A stretch of 64,000 nt of DNA from Candidatus Bathyarchaeota archaeon (GTDB taxonomy: Archaea; Thermoproteota; Bathyarchaeia; Bathyarchaeales; Bathycorpusculaceae), in NCBI GenBank assembly GCA_963717465.1, contig OY970340.1, positions 1 to 64,000 on the forward strand, given 5' to 3'. Each line of letters opens with the position of its first letter. The first letter of the stretch is position 1. The position numbers and the translations under genes were made by a program. Shown here piece by piece: positions 43,157-54,238 of the stretch. Below the pieces are notes generated by a model. It searched no databases, was not told the origin of the DNA, and worked only from the letters and a program-made list of their open reading frames with translations.

Positions 43157-43391
43157 GTACGTCGACGTAAAGACGGCAGAAGCCATAGCCAAGGCGGTTT
43201 CTCCAGATAACTTTAAAACGCCAGCTGGATTAACGGTGAAAACCGCCATAGAAAACAACAAGGTAATTACTGAAATAAAATGCGAAGGAAAAATAGCCAC
43301 CTTAAACGCAACCATCGACGATTTACTATTTTGCGTTTCAACAGCAGAAAAAACCCTAAAAACAATAGATAAAACAAAAAGCAGACACTAA
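43125..43391 (+). CDS. pcc1: KEOPS subunit Pcc1
   Basis: AIAKAVSPDN, TLNATIDDLL; conserved position after the DHH gene. Confidence 0.85.
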   Translation: MKRLEATITLEYVDVKTAEAIAKAVSPDNFKTPAGLTVKTAIENNKVITEIKCEGKIATLNATIDDLLFCVSTAEKTLKTIDKTKSRH

Positions 43392-43524
43392 CTCTCAACA
43401 ATTGTTCACTTTTTAAGCGGCCACGAAAGGTACAAGTTGGCGATTTCACTAAGTGGTTAGGATAACATTTTTAGGCTTACACAACAGTTTCTTACCAAAA
43501 ATAGTTAACGAGGAAAATTAACTC

Positions 43525-45988
43525 ATGCAGCCTTTGCCAAAAGAGTATAATTTCACATTAATTGAACAGAAATGGCAGAAAAAATGGGAAGAAATGGGAA
43601 TTAACCGCTACGACTGGAACGATAAAGTACGCCTTCCGTTCAGCATCGATACCCCCCCACCTTACCCATCGGGCGAATTGCACATGGGCAACGTTCTAAA
43701 CTGGACGTACTTTGATATGGTTGCCCGATACAAGCGAATGCAAGGTTACAACGTGCTTTTCCCGCAGGGTTGGGATTGCCATGGTTTAGGAATTGAAATT
43801 CAAGTTGAAAAAGCTCATAACATCCAAAAACGTGATGTGCCAACAGAGCAGTTTCGCGAGTGGTGCATGCAACTTGTTGAAAAATACATTGGCATGATGA
43901 AAGAAGGCATTCTTAAACTCGGCTGCAGCATCGATTGGACCACCGAGTATAAGACAATGAACCCGGATTATTGGCGTCGCACACAACTCAGCTTCGTACT
44001 TCTGCATAAAAAAGGTTACATGTACCAAGGCACGCATCCGGTAAATTGGTGTCCACGGGATGAAACAGCGATTGCAGATGCAGAAGTAGATTATGTAAAA
44101 CGCGAGGGCATTTTGCATTACATTCGCTTTCCGTTTGAGGGCAAAAGCGAATATGCGCTTATTGCAACTTCAAGACCAGAGTTTATTCCAGCGTGTGTGG
44201 CGATTGAGGTGAACCCGGAAGATGAACGATACAAAAAATACATCGGCAAAACAATAATCGTCCCGGTTATTAATCGCGCAGTCAAAGTGATCGCGGATGA
44301 ATGCGTTGACCCGAAATTTGGCACAGGCGTTGTGATGATTTGCACCTATGGCGATAAAGAAGACGTGAAAACAGTCATAAAACACAAGCTGCCAGTAATC
44401 ATGCTTCTAACAGAAAACGGGAGAATCAACGAAAACGGAGGAAAATATCAAGGCTTAACCATCAATCAAGCAAGAGCAGCAATAGTGCAAGACCTATCAA
44501 ACGCTGGATTGCTTGAAAAAACAGAGAAAATCATGCAGGAAGTCGGAGTCTGTGACCGCTGCAAGACACATGTGGAAATTCTTGAACGCAAACAATGGTT
44601 CATGAACACACGCAAATTAACTCAAATAGTGGAGGAAACAGCTAATCAAATCGTTTGGTACCCTGACTACATGAAAAACCGTTTAATCGACTGGGCAAAA
44701 TCTCTTGATTGGGATTGGGTTATAAGCAGACAACGGCTTTTCGCCACGCCGATTCCCGTCTGGTACTGCAAAAAATGCGGCGAACTGATACTGGCACATG
44801 AAGATTGGGTGCCGATTGATCCAAAACTTGAAAATCCAAAAATTGACAAATGCCCAAAATGCGGCTGCAAAGAATTCACCGGTGAAAACGACGTTTTTGA
44901 CACGTGGATGGATTCCTCAATCACCTGTGCAGTACATGCTGGTTGGCCAGACCGTGCTGATTGGAAGCATCTTTTCCCAGCAAGCATGCATCCTTCTGGA
45001 ACTGACATCATCAGAACATGGGCATACTACCTAATGGTTAGGCACTTAGCCCTGTTTAACAGTTCTCCGTTCAACAGTGTCCTAATTAACGGCATGGTTT
45101 TAGGCTCTGACGGCAGAAAAATGAGCAAATCTCTCAAAAACTATGCTGCTGCACCCGAAGTTCTAAACAAGTACGGCGCAGACGCCACACGTCAATGGGC
45201 TGCAGGCGGCGGAGCAACAGGCTCAGATATTCCTTATCGTTCACAGGATGTCGAGTATGGAAGACGCTTCCTTGTGAAGCTGTGGAATGTTTCGGCATTT
45301 GCATGCAAACTTCTTGAGGATTACAAGCCGCAAGCAAAAGCGCCAAATGAGCTGGAATTATTGGATAAGTGGATTCTCAGCAAGGCTGAAAATTTGACTT
45401 TGAAGGTTACTGATGCTCTCGATAAATGCCAGTTTAATATTGCCGTTGAAGATATTCGAAATTTCACATGGCATGTATTCTGTGACTTTTACGTGGAGGC
45501 AGTGAAGGATCGGCTTTATCAACCCCAAGTTCACGGTCAACAAAAAAGGTTAGCAGCGCAATACACACTTTACGAGGTATTGTATCGTGTTTTGCAGTTG
45601 CTTAGCTCCTGTAGTGCCGCATTTAACTGAAGAGATTTACCAGTGCATGTATGCTGACTTCAAGAGTTTTGCAAGCTTGCAGGTTTCAAAGTGGCCACAA
45701 TTCCAGTCTAACCTTGTGAATGAAAACGTGGAAAAGAATGGCGATCTCATTATGGCAGTTATCAGCGAGGTCAGACGCGACAAGGCAGAAAAGAAACTGC
45801 CGCTAAATGCACCAATCAAAAAGTTAACAGTTTACTCGGAAAACGCAGAAAACATAGAGGTTATCAAGTCTACACGAGCAGATATTGCTGGAACCCTAAA
45901 AATAGCGGAAATGCAAGTTCTTAATGAGAAAAAGTCAGAAGGCAGAAAAGTCGGTTCTTCCGACGTATACATAGTGATCAATTATTGA
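43525..45988 (+). CDS. valS: Valine-tRNA ligase (frameshift near 45605)
   Basis: DTPPPYPSGELHMGN, DWVISRQR, DVFDTWMDSS, KMSKS; LAPVVPHLTEEIY continues in the second frame. Confidence 0.96.
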
Positions 45989-46002
45989 GGCCTTGATAAG
46001 GG

Positions 46003-46755
46003 TTGGTTAACAACAAAAAAACAAGAAAGGTCGGGTTAATAGGCTGCGGCGCAATCGGCACTGTTCTCGCTCAAGCTATAAAGCGTAAAATTGTAGCATG
46101 CGATGAACTGATCGTTTTTGATGTTGATGCTGAAAAAGCAAAAAAGCTTAAGAAAGAACTCGACTTTCCAGTTGCAATCGCCAATAGTGTAGACGAGTTG
46201 CTTTCAGCTAAGCCTAATGTTGTTGTTGAAGCGGCATCTCAACAAGCTGTTAAAGACTACTTGGATAAGATAATTTCAGGCAGCGATGCGGAATTAATTG
46301 TAATGAGCACTGGAGCTCTACTTGGACTTGACATTTCAAACCGAGTGCATGTGCCATCCGGAGCTATCGGTGGATTGGATGCCCTTTCAAGCGCAGCTAA
46401 CGCTGGAATTGAAGAAGTTGTCTTAATTTCGCGTAAAAACCCAAAAGCTTTAGGGAAAGACAACGTGGAAGAAAAAATTATTTATGAAGGGTTCGCTGAG
46501 GAAGCAGCAAAGCAGTTTCCCCGTGAAATGAATGTCGCTGCAACGTTAGCTTTAACTGTGAAGCCTGCCAGAGTACGTGTTCAAGTGGTTTCTGACCCAA
46601 AAGTTAAACGCAACACTCATGAAATTCGCGTAAAGTGGAGTTTTGGCGAGATGCTTTTGCGTTTTGCTAATGATCCTCATCCAGAAAATCCGCATACAAG
46701 CGCATTGGCAGCTTGGTCAGCGATTAACCTGCTAAAATCTCTATTAAAAGATTAA
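46003..46755 (+). CDS. nadX: L-aspartate dehydrogenase
   Basis: GCGAIG, VEAAS, PSGAIGGLD, NVAA, NTHEI, NPHTS. Confidence 0.92.
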   Translation: MVNNKKTRKVGLIGCGAIGTVLAQAIKRKIVACDELIVFDVDAEKAKKLKKELDFPVAIANSVDELLSAKPNVVVEAASQQAVKDYLDKIISGSDAELIVMSTGALLGLDISNRVHVPSGAIGGLDALSSAANAGIEEVVLISRKNPKALGKDNVEEKIIYEGFAEEAAKQFPREMNVAATLALTVKPARVRVQVVSDPKVKRNTHEIRVKWSFGEMLLRFANDPHPENPHTSALAAWSAINLLKSLLKD

Positions 46756-46778
46756 AAATTGGACACAGTCAAAGTTTA

Positions 46779-47688
46779 CTACTCGGGCTCTTTTTCAAGT
46801 TCTTTTTTAGCATCTTCGATTGCTCTTTGTTTTTGCTCGTTCAAGACTGGATATTTTAAACCTAAAGACTTTATGCTTGCAGTTATGATGTCTGCTACTA
46901 GTGATCGAGATAGCCACTTGTAGTCTGCAGGAATAACGTACCATGGCGCCCATTTTGTGCTTGTTTTATTTAACATGTCCTCGTAAGCTTTCATGTAATC
47001 ATCCCAGTAATCTCTTTCTTTAAGGTCTGCATCCGAAAACTTCCAGTGCTTACTAGGATCGCTTAAGCGTTCAATAAACCGTTTTTTCTGTTCGTTTTTT
47101 GAAATGTGCAAGAAGAATTTTAGTATTAATGTTCCGTTTCGGGTCAAGATGATGCTCAAAATTCTCGATGTCTTCATAGCGGTTTTTCCAAAACTTGTTG
47201 TTATATTTTCTTTTTGGAAGATTTTGGTTATCTAAAAGGTTTTGGTGAACCTTAACAACCAAGACTTCTTCGTAGTAGGATCGGTTGAAAATGCCAATCA
47301 TGCCCTTTTCAGGCAAAGCCACAACTTGTCGCCACAAAAAATCATGCTCCAACTCTGTAACAGAAGGCTGCTTAAAACTTGTTACAAAACAACCCTGCGG
47401 GTTAACACCTGACATCACATGCTTGATTGTACTATCTTTTCCAGCTGCGTCCATGCCCTGCAAAATCACAAGCACCGCGTAAGTATTGTTTGCGTAAAGC
47501 AACTCCTGTGCTTTCGCGAGTTCCTGCCGGTTTTCCTCCAGCAGTTTGTTAGCCCTATTTCTTTTCCCAGAAATTTTGCTTCCTCATTTTGCGCCCACCC
47601 AGTCTCGAAATCTTTCAGTTTTATTTTTTTCCCTAGGCTTAACTATTGTTAAATCCATGAATCTTTTTGTGCGTTCAACTCGTTCCAT
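46779..47688 (-). CDS. ppk2: Polyphosphate kinase 2, class III-like (several frameshifts)
   Basis: QGMDAAGKD Walker A, FNRSYYEEV, KFFLHISK, WKFSDAD, APWYVIPAD. Confidence 0.9.
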
Positions 47689-47717
47689 TTTTCATTTTTC
47701 CTTGCATTTTTTATTTT

Positions 47718-47963
47718 TCAAGTGAGGGCAGAATTTCTGAGACTTTTCCTTCGTACTGGTTCATAAATAGTTGGTAATGCATTCCACGCATAGCCAGGAG
47801 TTTCTCGTATTTTGCCTCTTTTAATTATTTCTCCGTTGTTTATATAAAGAAATAGGTCTACATTCCGAACGGTGCTGAATCTGTGGGCGATAACAAAGTT
47901 TGTTCTGTCTTCTTGCAGTTTACTTAACGCTTGCTTCTCTAGAAAAACAAACAACTGTTTCAA
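47718..47963 (-). pseudogene. C-terminal remnant of an ABC transporter ATPase
   Basis: RTNFVIAHRFSTVRNVDLFLYINNGEII H-loop region only. Confidence 0.65.
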
Positions 47964-48334
47964 AAATGGTCAATAATGCCTGCTTAAACGACGCAAATTC
48001 TCTGTAAAGCTATGCCTTTAACGTCTTAAATTGAATAATGAATTTTTACAATCATTAAACTGCTTGAAAACTTGGCTTGGTATTCAATTATTTCAGAGAT
48101 GACTTGAATATTAAAACTTAGCTAACTCGATTACTAGCAAATTAAGCTATTGTGTGGGTTGCAAGTCGTCTTTTTGCTGTTTAGCAGTTCTTTATAATTT
48201 TTTATTATACAATAACTTTTTTTATGGTAACACAAGATTTTGCTAAACATTGATAGAATCTTGATTTTAACATAGTGCATACTTATATGAACCTAATAGC
48301 AGATTATACGTAAATCTGCAATAGGTGTAAATCT

Positions 48335-49053
48335 ATGTCTGCATTTGTAAGGCCCGGAGCATATGACTACACGGCGACGGTCTTTTCGCCTGATGGGCGA
48401 CTGTTCCAAGTTGAATATGCCATGGAATTAGTGAATCGAGGAGCAACTATACTAGGGATAAAATGCCCTGAAGGCGTAGTTTTAGGTTCAGAGGAGAACA
48501 ATGAAGTTCTTGAAAGAGCGGATAATTCATGGAAAATCTTCAAGATTGATGAACACATCGGGCAGCTATAGTCGGCTTGAGTTCAGATGCGAGAGTTTTG
48601 ATCGACAAATCCCGAGTTGATGCCCAAAGCAACAAACTAACGTACGATGAACCTATTGACTTAGAAATCGTCACAAAACACGTCTGCGATCTTCAACAAG
48701 TCTACACGCAGCATGGTGGGGGACGACCTTTCGGAGCTGCTCTAATCTTCGGAGGCGTGGATAAAACGGGTCCTCGAATCTTTGATACACACCCAAGCGG
48801 AACATACAGAAGACAAAAAGCCACCGCGATAGGCGCAGGAAGAGAAACAGCTCTATCAATCTTGCAAGAAGAGTACAAAGAAGACATGACCATTGAAAAA
48901 AGCATCAAACTTGCAGTCAAATGTTTGAAAAAAGCCTTAGAAGCAAGGCAACTGCCATTTAGAATAAAGATTGCAGTAATACCAGTTACCACAAAAAAAA
49001 TGGAAATGCTAACTGACGAAGAAATAGAAGGCTTCATAAAAAAAGCTTCTTAA
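48335..49053 (+). CDS. psmA: Proteasome alpha subunit (frameshift near 48560)
   Basis: [43 protein letters not shown]. Confidence 0.95.
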
Positions 49054-49142
49054 CATCTTATTTAGAAATAATCTTGCATTTTGTTGCAACAATACTGCAA
49101 TTACAGTTGCTAATTCCTCGGAATTGTAGTTTTGCCCCGAGC

Positions 49143-49652
49143 TTAACCCATCCTGCTACGCATTTGCAGCAGTGACATGCCCACGCCATAAGTGTATATA
49201 ATCGAGTCGGGGGTAACCATGATGAAACATAGTTCTCTATCTTTTTCTACATTCATTTTTTGCATCATGTTAAGCATCATTCGTCCTATTCGGGTTGACT
49301 TTAGCGATTTTGTTGCTCCCTCGTCATCTGATTTGAGAACGTCAGCTTTTCCTTGGAATTGTATGCAACTCATAGGCGCAGATGTAAGCAGTGGTCTGGG
49401 GATAGGAACAACGAATGACACATTAGGATCACGAAGTATATTCCTTACTTTTTTTGTTCCAGTATCGCTCATAATGTATAGGGCAAGCGGTTTTCCCAAA
49501 ATAGACATACTATATGAAACACCTGTAGCGTGCGGTCTACCATCCTTTGAAACGGTGCCGATTATACCAAAACTATGCTTTCTCAGTTCCGACATAATCT
49601 TCTCAAGAGACACACTTGTTCCTATAGTAGTGTCAACAGACGTGCACACCAA
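49143..49652 (-). CDS. Pyridoxamine 5'-phosphate oxidase-like FMN/F420-binding protein
   Basis: GTVSKDGRPH, KKVRNILRDPNVS, QFQGKA. Confidence 0.8.
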   Translation of the reverse strand: MVCTSVDTTIGTSVSLEKIMSELRKHSFGIIGTVSKDGRPHATGVSYSMSILGKPLALYIMSDTGTKKVRNILRDPNVSFVVPIPRPLLTSAPMSCIQFQGKADVLKSDDEGATKSLKSTRIGRMMLNMMQKMNVEKDRELCFIMVTPDSIIYTYGVGMSLLQMRSRMG

Positions 49653-49712
49653 CCATCCTTAACCGAGAGTATTTTGAACAATACTTAAGATTTTTGATTT
49701 TAAAAAGCCATT

Positions 49713-49748
49713 GTGCTGCAAAAAAATCGCAATCGAAATCATTAATAT
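49713..49748 (+). repeat. Dispersed ~35-bp motif, copy 1
   Basis: GTGCTGCAAAAAAATCGCAATCGAAATCATTAATAT; near-identical to 56227-56260. Confidence 0.65.
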
Positions 49749-49817
49749 CATGACATTTGCAAAACTTGTTTTAAAACAAAGAAATTACAAAAGTTAAAGT
49801 TCGGTTGGCGAAAACGA

Positions 49818-51314
49818 TTAATTAACTTGCCCATATTTTTTAAGAAGGTCAGCGATTGTTGCCTTACGTTGCTCTATGCGAGATTTAAGTTCTTTTTCAG
49901 CTTTTTCTGTATTTTCAGCTATTTCCAAAGCTACTCCCGTGATAGCCAAATTTGCTTCACTTGTTCTTTCAACAGATTCTCTAATTTCTTGTGATTTTTT
50001 CTCGATTAATTCGGCATCTTTTCCCATGTTAGCCGATATTTTCGATGTTTCCTTAGCGTCATTAACAACATTCTCGCTCAATTTCTCAACATTTTTCGCG
50101 ATAGCTGCAACTTCTTTAGCGATTTTCTCCAGATCTTTTGCAGCTGATGTCTGCTCTTCCACTGTGGCTGCTACTTCTTCAGAAGCAGAAGAACTCTCCT
50201 CAGAAATACTAGCAACCTCACTAATTGTCGTTACAACGCTACTTAGTGAGTTAAGACCTCGATCAACGCCCATCGTTAAGTAGCCTACTTTACTAGTCAT
50301 GGTCTCCATGATTTTGGTAATACCCTCAGCTTCCTTAATCGCTTCCAAAACCACCTTCGTACCTTCAGCCGCATTAGTCTGAGACTGAGTAGCAATAGCA
50401 TTCGTCGAAGTCCCAGCATCCTTAATCCCCTTCACAAGGCTGATTGCTGAGCCAGCAGCAACCTTAGACTGACCTGCTAAGCCTTTTACCGCATCAGCAA
50501 CAACCGCAAAACCTCTTCCAGCCTCACCAGCCCTAGCCGCCTCAATCGCCGCGTTCAAAGCCAACATATTAGTCTGACCAGCAATATCCGAGACAGAGTT
50601 AGCCATCTGACCAACCTGCTCAACACTATTAACCATCGAAACCACCGCATCAGACACCTTAGTAATATTAGTCTTAATATCCTCAATAGCATGCAAACCC
50701 TGCTGACCCTTCTCATTAGCATACTTAGACTTCCTCAAAGCCTCATCAGTAACCAAAGAAGCCTCCTTAGCAATACCACCAGCCTCATCCATAACCCTCT
50801 TCAAAGCCTCAGTACTCTTAGCAGCCTCCTGAGAAAGCTCAGCCAACTTCTGAGAACCAGTAGAAACCTGCTGCACCGCGGTACTGACCTGCTGCATACC
50901 TAAAGACATCAAATTAGACGTCTTCTCAACCTGCTTGCCTACATTCTCAGCGCTGATACCAGCCTTAGATACATCTTCTGCGCTTATGACAACTTTTTCT
51001 GCATGGTTACCAGCTTCCTTTGCGGAAGTTGCGAAGTTGCCGACTATATTTGAAGTTTCGATTGCAAGATCGGCAGTTACGACTGTCGTCTGTGCATGCG
51101 TCATAATATCGTCATTAATCTTTTTGGCAGACGTAATAGTAACTTCGTTATTCTTTATCGTTTTTTCAACAAATTGGATATCTTCTTCAAGCTCTTTCAC
51201 ATACATATTCAGTATCTCTTGGTTTTGAGCTCGAAGTTTACTGTTCTCCTCTTCAAGTTGCTCAAACTGCTTTTCATAATGTGAAACTTTCTTCTCTCGA
51301 GGCATAGCTGTCAC
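49818..51314 (-). CDS. Soluble methyl-accepting chemotaxis protein
   Basis: [37 protein letters not shown] hairpin tip; EE/EQ methylation heptads; no TM segment. Confidence 0.95.
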   Translation of the reverse strand: MTAMPREKKVSHYEKQFEQLEEENSKLRAQNQEILNMYVKELEEDIQFVEKTIKNNEVTITSAKKINDDIMTHAQTTVVTADLAIETSNIVGNFATSAKEAGNHAEKVVISAEDVSKAGISAENVGKQVEKTSNLMSLGMQQVSTAVQQVSTGSQKLAELSQEAAKSTEALKRVMDEAGGIAKEASLVTDEALRKSKYANEKGQQGLHAIEDIKTNITKVSDAVVSMVNSVEQVGQMANSVSDIAGQTNMLALNAAIEAARAGEAGRGFAVVADAVKGLAGQSKVAAGSAISLVKGIKDAGTSTNAIATQSQTNAAEGTKVVLEAIKEAEGITKIMETMTSKVGYLTMGVDRGLNSLSSVVTTISEVASISEESSSASEEVAATVEEQTSAAKDLEKIAKEVAAIAKNVEKLSENVVNDAKETSKISANMGKDAELIEKKSQEIRESVERTSEANLAITGVALEIAENTEKAEKELKSRIEQRKATIADLLKKYGQVN

Positions 51315-51680
51315 TTGATCAAATCCTTATCCAGATTGTTAATGATTTTTCAATATCTAACTTGCGAATTCACAATACATAGTGTCAGGTTTTTAATTGA
51401 AAACAAATTTATTAACAAATATTTTTTCTTAAGCCACAATATCTTAATTACGCACTATTTAAGTAACATTAGCAAACTAATTATGTTCTATTTAAAAATC
51501 CAACACGACTAAACTTTTAAACCTGTTACAAACAGCCCTAATGAAAAGAAGCAACGTTGCCATAAGGCTTGCAATAAGTGTATGTTCTCTCAGGGTGCTT
51601 GCTGCATTAGTTGTAATATGCCAACACATTATTTTCCGTGCTTTCCTCTCTTCAGAGTGGCTGAGGTGACGAGACGCTCT

Positions 51681-52766
51681 TTATTGACTATCAGATTCTT
51701 TTGGAACATTTTTTTTCTTTGACCTAATATGAATTGGCTTGCTGAAAGCAGAAGAAATAGAATGGAACAGCTTACCAAAAACGGCACCAATACCATGAAA
51801 AACCTTACTAAAATCAATAGATCGCCTAGCTTTTCCCTTAACAGCCTCCTTCGGAACACTCTCCTTCTTCGACTTATGACCTAACTTCCCAAGAGCTGAA
51901 GAAGCAAGATGAAATAGCTTCCCGAAAGCAGCAGTAACAAAATTGAATGCCTTCCCGGGATCAAGGGATCTAACATGCATCTTTCCAGTAGTTTTTGCTT
52001 TCTTTGTTCGAGTTTTAAGAGCAGCAGTTTTAGATTGCAATCGTAGAAAAGAACTCATACCCTTTGAAAATTGCATCATAATTTCATCATGCAGAGAAGG
52101 TTTATCAGATTCTTTTGGAACATTTTTTTTCTTTGACCTAATATGAATTGGCTTGCTGAAAGCAGAAGAAATAGAATGGAACAGCTTACCAAAAACGGCA
52201 CCAATACCATGAAAAACCTTACTAAAATCAATAGATCGCCTAGCTTTTCCCTTAACAGCCTCCTTCGGAACACTCTCCTTCTTCGACTTATGACCTAACT
52301 TCCCAAGAGCTGAAGAAGCAAGATGAAATAGCTTCCCGAAAGCAGCAGTAACAAAATTGAATGCCTTCCCGGGATCAAGGGATCTAACATGCATCTTTCC
52401 AGTAGTTTTTGCTTTCTTTGTTCGAGTTTTAAGAGCAGCAGTTTTAGATTGCAATCGTAGAAAAGAACTCATACCCTTTGAAAATTGCATCATAATTTCA
52501 TCATGCAGAGAAGGTTCAGTAGGAATACTTGAATATCCATGCAGAGTGACAAGGGCATCTACGCTTCCAATTTCAGCTAACGCCTTAACAACCTCGATGC
52601 GTACTTCTAATTTCTTCGATGCGTCAAATATTTTTGATAAACCTTTGACGTTCGCTCTAATCTTCAAGAGATTAATTTTATCAGAATCAGATTTTTTTGA
52701 CTTAAAAAATGGCAACTTCAACTTAATCTTGCTCAAATTTAATTTTGGCAAATTGAAAAATCGCAA
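51681..52766 (-). CDS. Basic protein with one HEAT-like motif and duplicated amphipathic repeat region
   Basis: EVRIEVVKALAEIGSVDAL; 138-aa exact repeat; Lys/Phe-rich. Confidence 0.65.
   Translation of the reverse strand: MRFFNLPKLNLSKIKLKLPFFKSKKSDSDKINLLKIRANVKGLSKIFDASKKLEVRIEVVKALAEIGSVDALVTLHGYSSIPTEPSLHDEIMMQFSKGMSSFLRLQSKTAALKTRTKKAKTTGKMHVRSLDPGKAFNFVTAAFGKLFHLASSALGKLGHKSKKESVPKEAVKGKARRSIDFSKVFHGIGAVFGKLFHSISSAFSKPIHIRSKKKNVPKESDKPSLHDEIMMQFSKGMSSFLRLQSKTAALKTRTKKAKTTGKMHVRSLDPGKAFNFVTAAFGKLFHLASSALGKLGHKSKKESVPKEAVKGKARRSIDFSKVFHGIGAVFGKLFHSISSAFSKPIHIRSKKKNVPKESDSQ
51689..52516. repeat. Exact 414-bp tandem duplication (51689-52102 and 52103-52516)
   Basis: Both copies read identical from TATCAGATTCTTTTGG to GCAGAGAAGGTT; in frame (138 codons). 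Confidence 0.95.
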
Positions 52767-53191
52767 GCTCCCACTCTCGATTTTTCTTACCTCTATTATA
52801 TATTTAAGACTTACGATTTGCCCCTATTAAGTCAGATTCAAGGCTTTTTTGCGGAATGGACCTCTTATTATCCATGCTTTAGTAGGCTACCTTGAGCTTG
52901 TTTGTTAACCAAGAAACAAGACATAATTATAATCATTAGGCTAAAAACCTAAGCTGACAAACAAGGAACCCCGCAAATGTCTTCCATAAGTGCATTAATC
53001 GCAGATGTTGAAGCCATTCGAAGGATTCTACATACTCCAAATCACACGTTCGTCCAATTGCAAGAAAGTTAACCATTTGGTAAAACAAACGAGCGTTTGG
53101 CTCATTCTGAGGGAGTTCTGTTTATATTTACTTTTGAGAAGATAATTGATCGGGTCTTGAAATCAGATTATATGTTTGACGTGGATAATGG

Positions 53192-53890
53192 ATGCAGGGA
53201 AAAAGTGTTGATAGTCCAGCGATGACTGAGGAAAATGTTGTTGCAAAGGTATCAGAACTACTGGAGACCCTCGATAACATAAAGAAGTATAATGCCTTAA
53301 CCAAGTCTCTCAAAAAATTTTCGTTAATCGTTATTGGTTCAATTGCAATATTTCTTGCAGTTGGCGCATCAATAGGCTTGCTAAACTTGGTCGCGACACT
53401 AGATAAGCCCCAAATACTTATAACTTCAATATTATGGCTCCTCGTTCCAATATGCGGTGTAATTTCAGGCGTTCTCTTCATTAGAAGAAGAGTAAACGCA
53501 ATCAAAATAGGAGAATGGAAGGATGAACTTTCACATGGATTTCCATCAGCATTAAAGATACTACTTGAACTGAATTGGGACGAGACATTTGATGAAATTT
53601 CATCAGGGAGAATTAGCTACGCCATCTATGGTTTGCTGAAAGTAGCTGCGTATTGGATTATAAGTTTCTTTGCGCTGGGACTTCTGGGTAATATTATTGC
53701 CTTCATAATCCTGCATGTGGGAAACCTTTTTGGCGGCCCAATTTGGGCTTTAATATCACTTTTGATAGTTTATCTGTTTTTAAGAAAGGATCTGACAAGA
53801 CGGTATAATGAAATTCGTGCATTGGATAAACTCCTTTGGGAGTTACGGTGGTTTAGCGTTGAGCTTAAGAGAGCCGAGTTCAAAACTTGA
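53192..53890 (+). CDS. Four-TM hypothetical membrane protein
   Basis: Four hydrophobic helices; overlaps the downstream wHTH gene. Confidence 0.75.
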   Translation: MQGKSVDSPAMTEENVVAKVSELLETLDNIKKYNALTKSLKKFSLIVIGSIAIFLAVGASIGLLNLVATLDKPQILITSILWLLVPICGVISGVLFIRRRVNAIKIGEWKDELSHGFPSALKILLELNWDETFDEISSGRISYAIYGLLKVAAYWIISFFALGLLGNIIAFIILHVGNLFGGPIWALISLLIVYLFLRKDLTRRYNEIRALDKLLWELRWFSVELKRAEFKT

Positions 53891-54152
53891 CCTATACGTC
53901 ATCGCCCGTATTATTAAGGCGTTGAAAGAGAAAGGCAAGATGAATAAAACAACCCTAGCCACATCTACAGGTTTGGCATACGATAAGCTGGTTAGATACT
54001 TGTCATGGATGTCGGAGAAAGGCTTCATAGTAATCGACGATAGCAGTGTACATTTGACTAAGGAAGGCTCAGAGGCATACGATGATCTAGTAAAGTGGAT
54101 AATGAAATACATTGGCCAACTAAAGTTTCCACGCTTAGGACCAAAAGCATAG
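53859..54152 (+). CDS. Winged-helix transcriptional regulator
   Basis: MNKTTLATSTGLAYDKLVRYLSWMSEKGFI, LTKEG; TTG start after GGTGG. Confidence 0.85.
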   Translation: MSLREPSSKLDLYVIARIIKALKEKGKMNKTTLATSTGLAYDKLVRYLSWMSEKGFIVIDDSSVHLTKEGSEAYDDLVKWIMKYIGQLKFPRLGPKA

Positions 54153-54238
54153 TCAGAGTTTTTTTTATCCATACTCCCTCCGAGTGAGTTCGCCTTTTAA
54201 GAACGCGTAGCAACTTGGCTTTTTTAAGGTGCACTAAA

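Noticed and set aside
49081..49092. Palindrome TTGTTGCAACAA
   Set aside because: Single 12-bp palindrome between convergent genes with no supporting context
51689..52516. CRISPR array
   Set aside because: Two long contiguous coding repeats with no spacers and no cas genes
52890..52970. Possible structured RNA (CTTGTTTGT/ACAAACAAG stem enclosing a TTAGG/CCTAA hairpin)
   Set aside because: Short AT-rich stems could arise by chance; no recognisable RNA family
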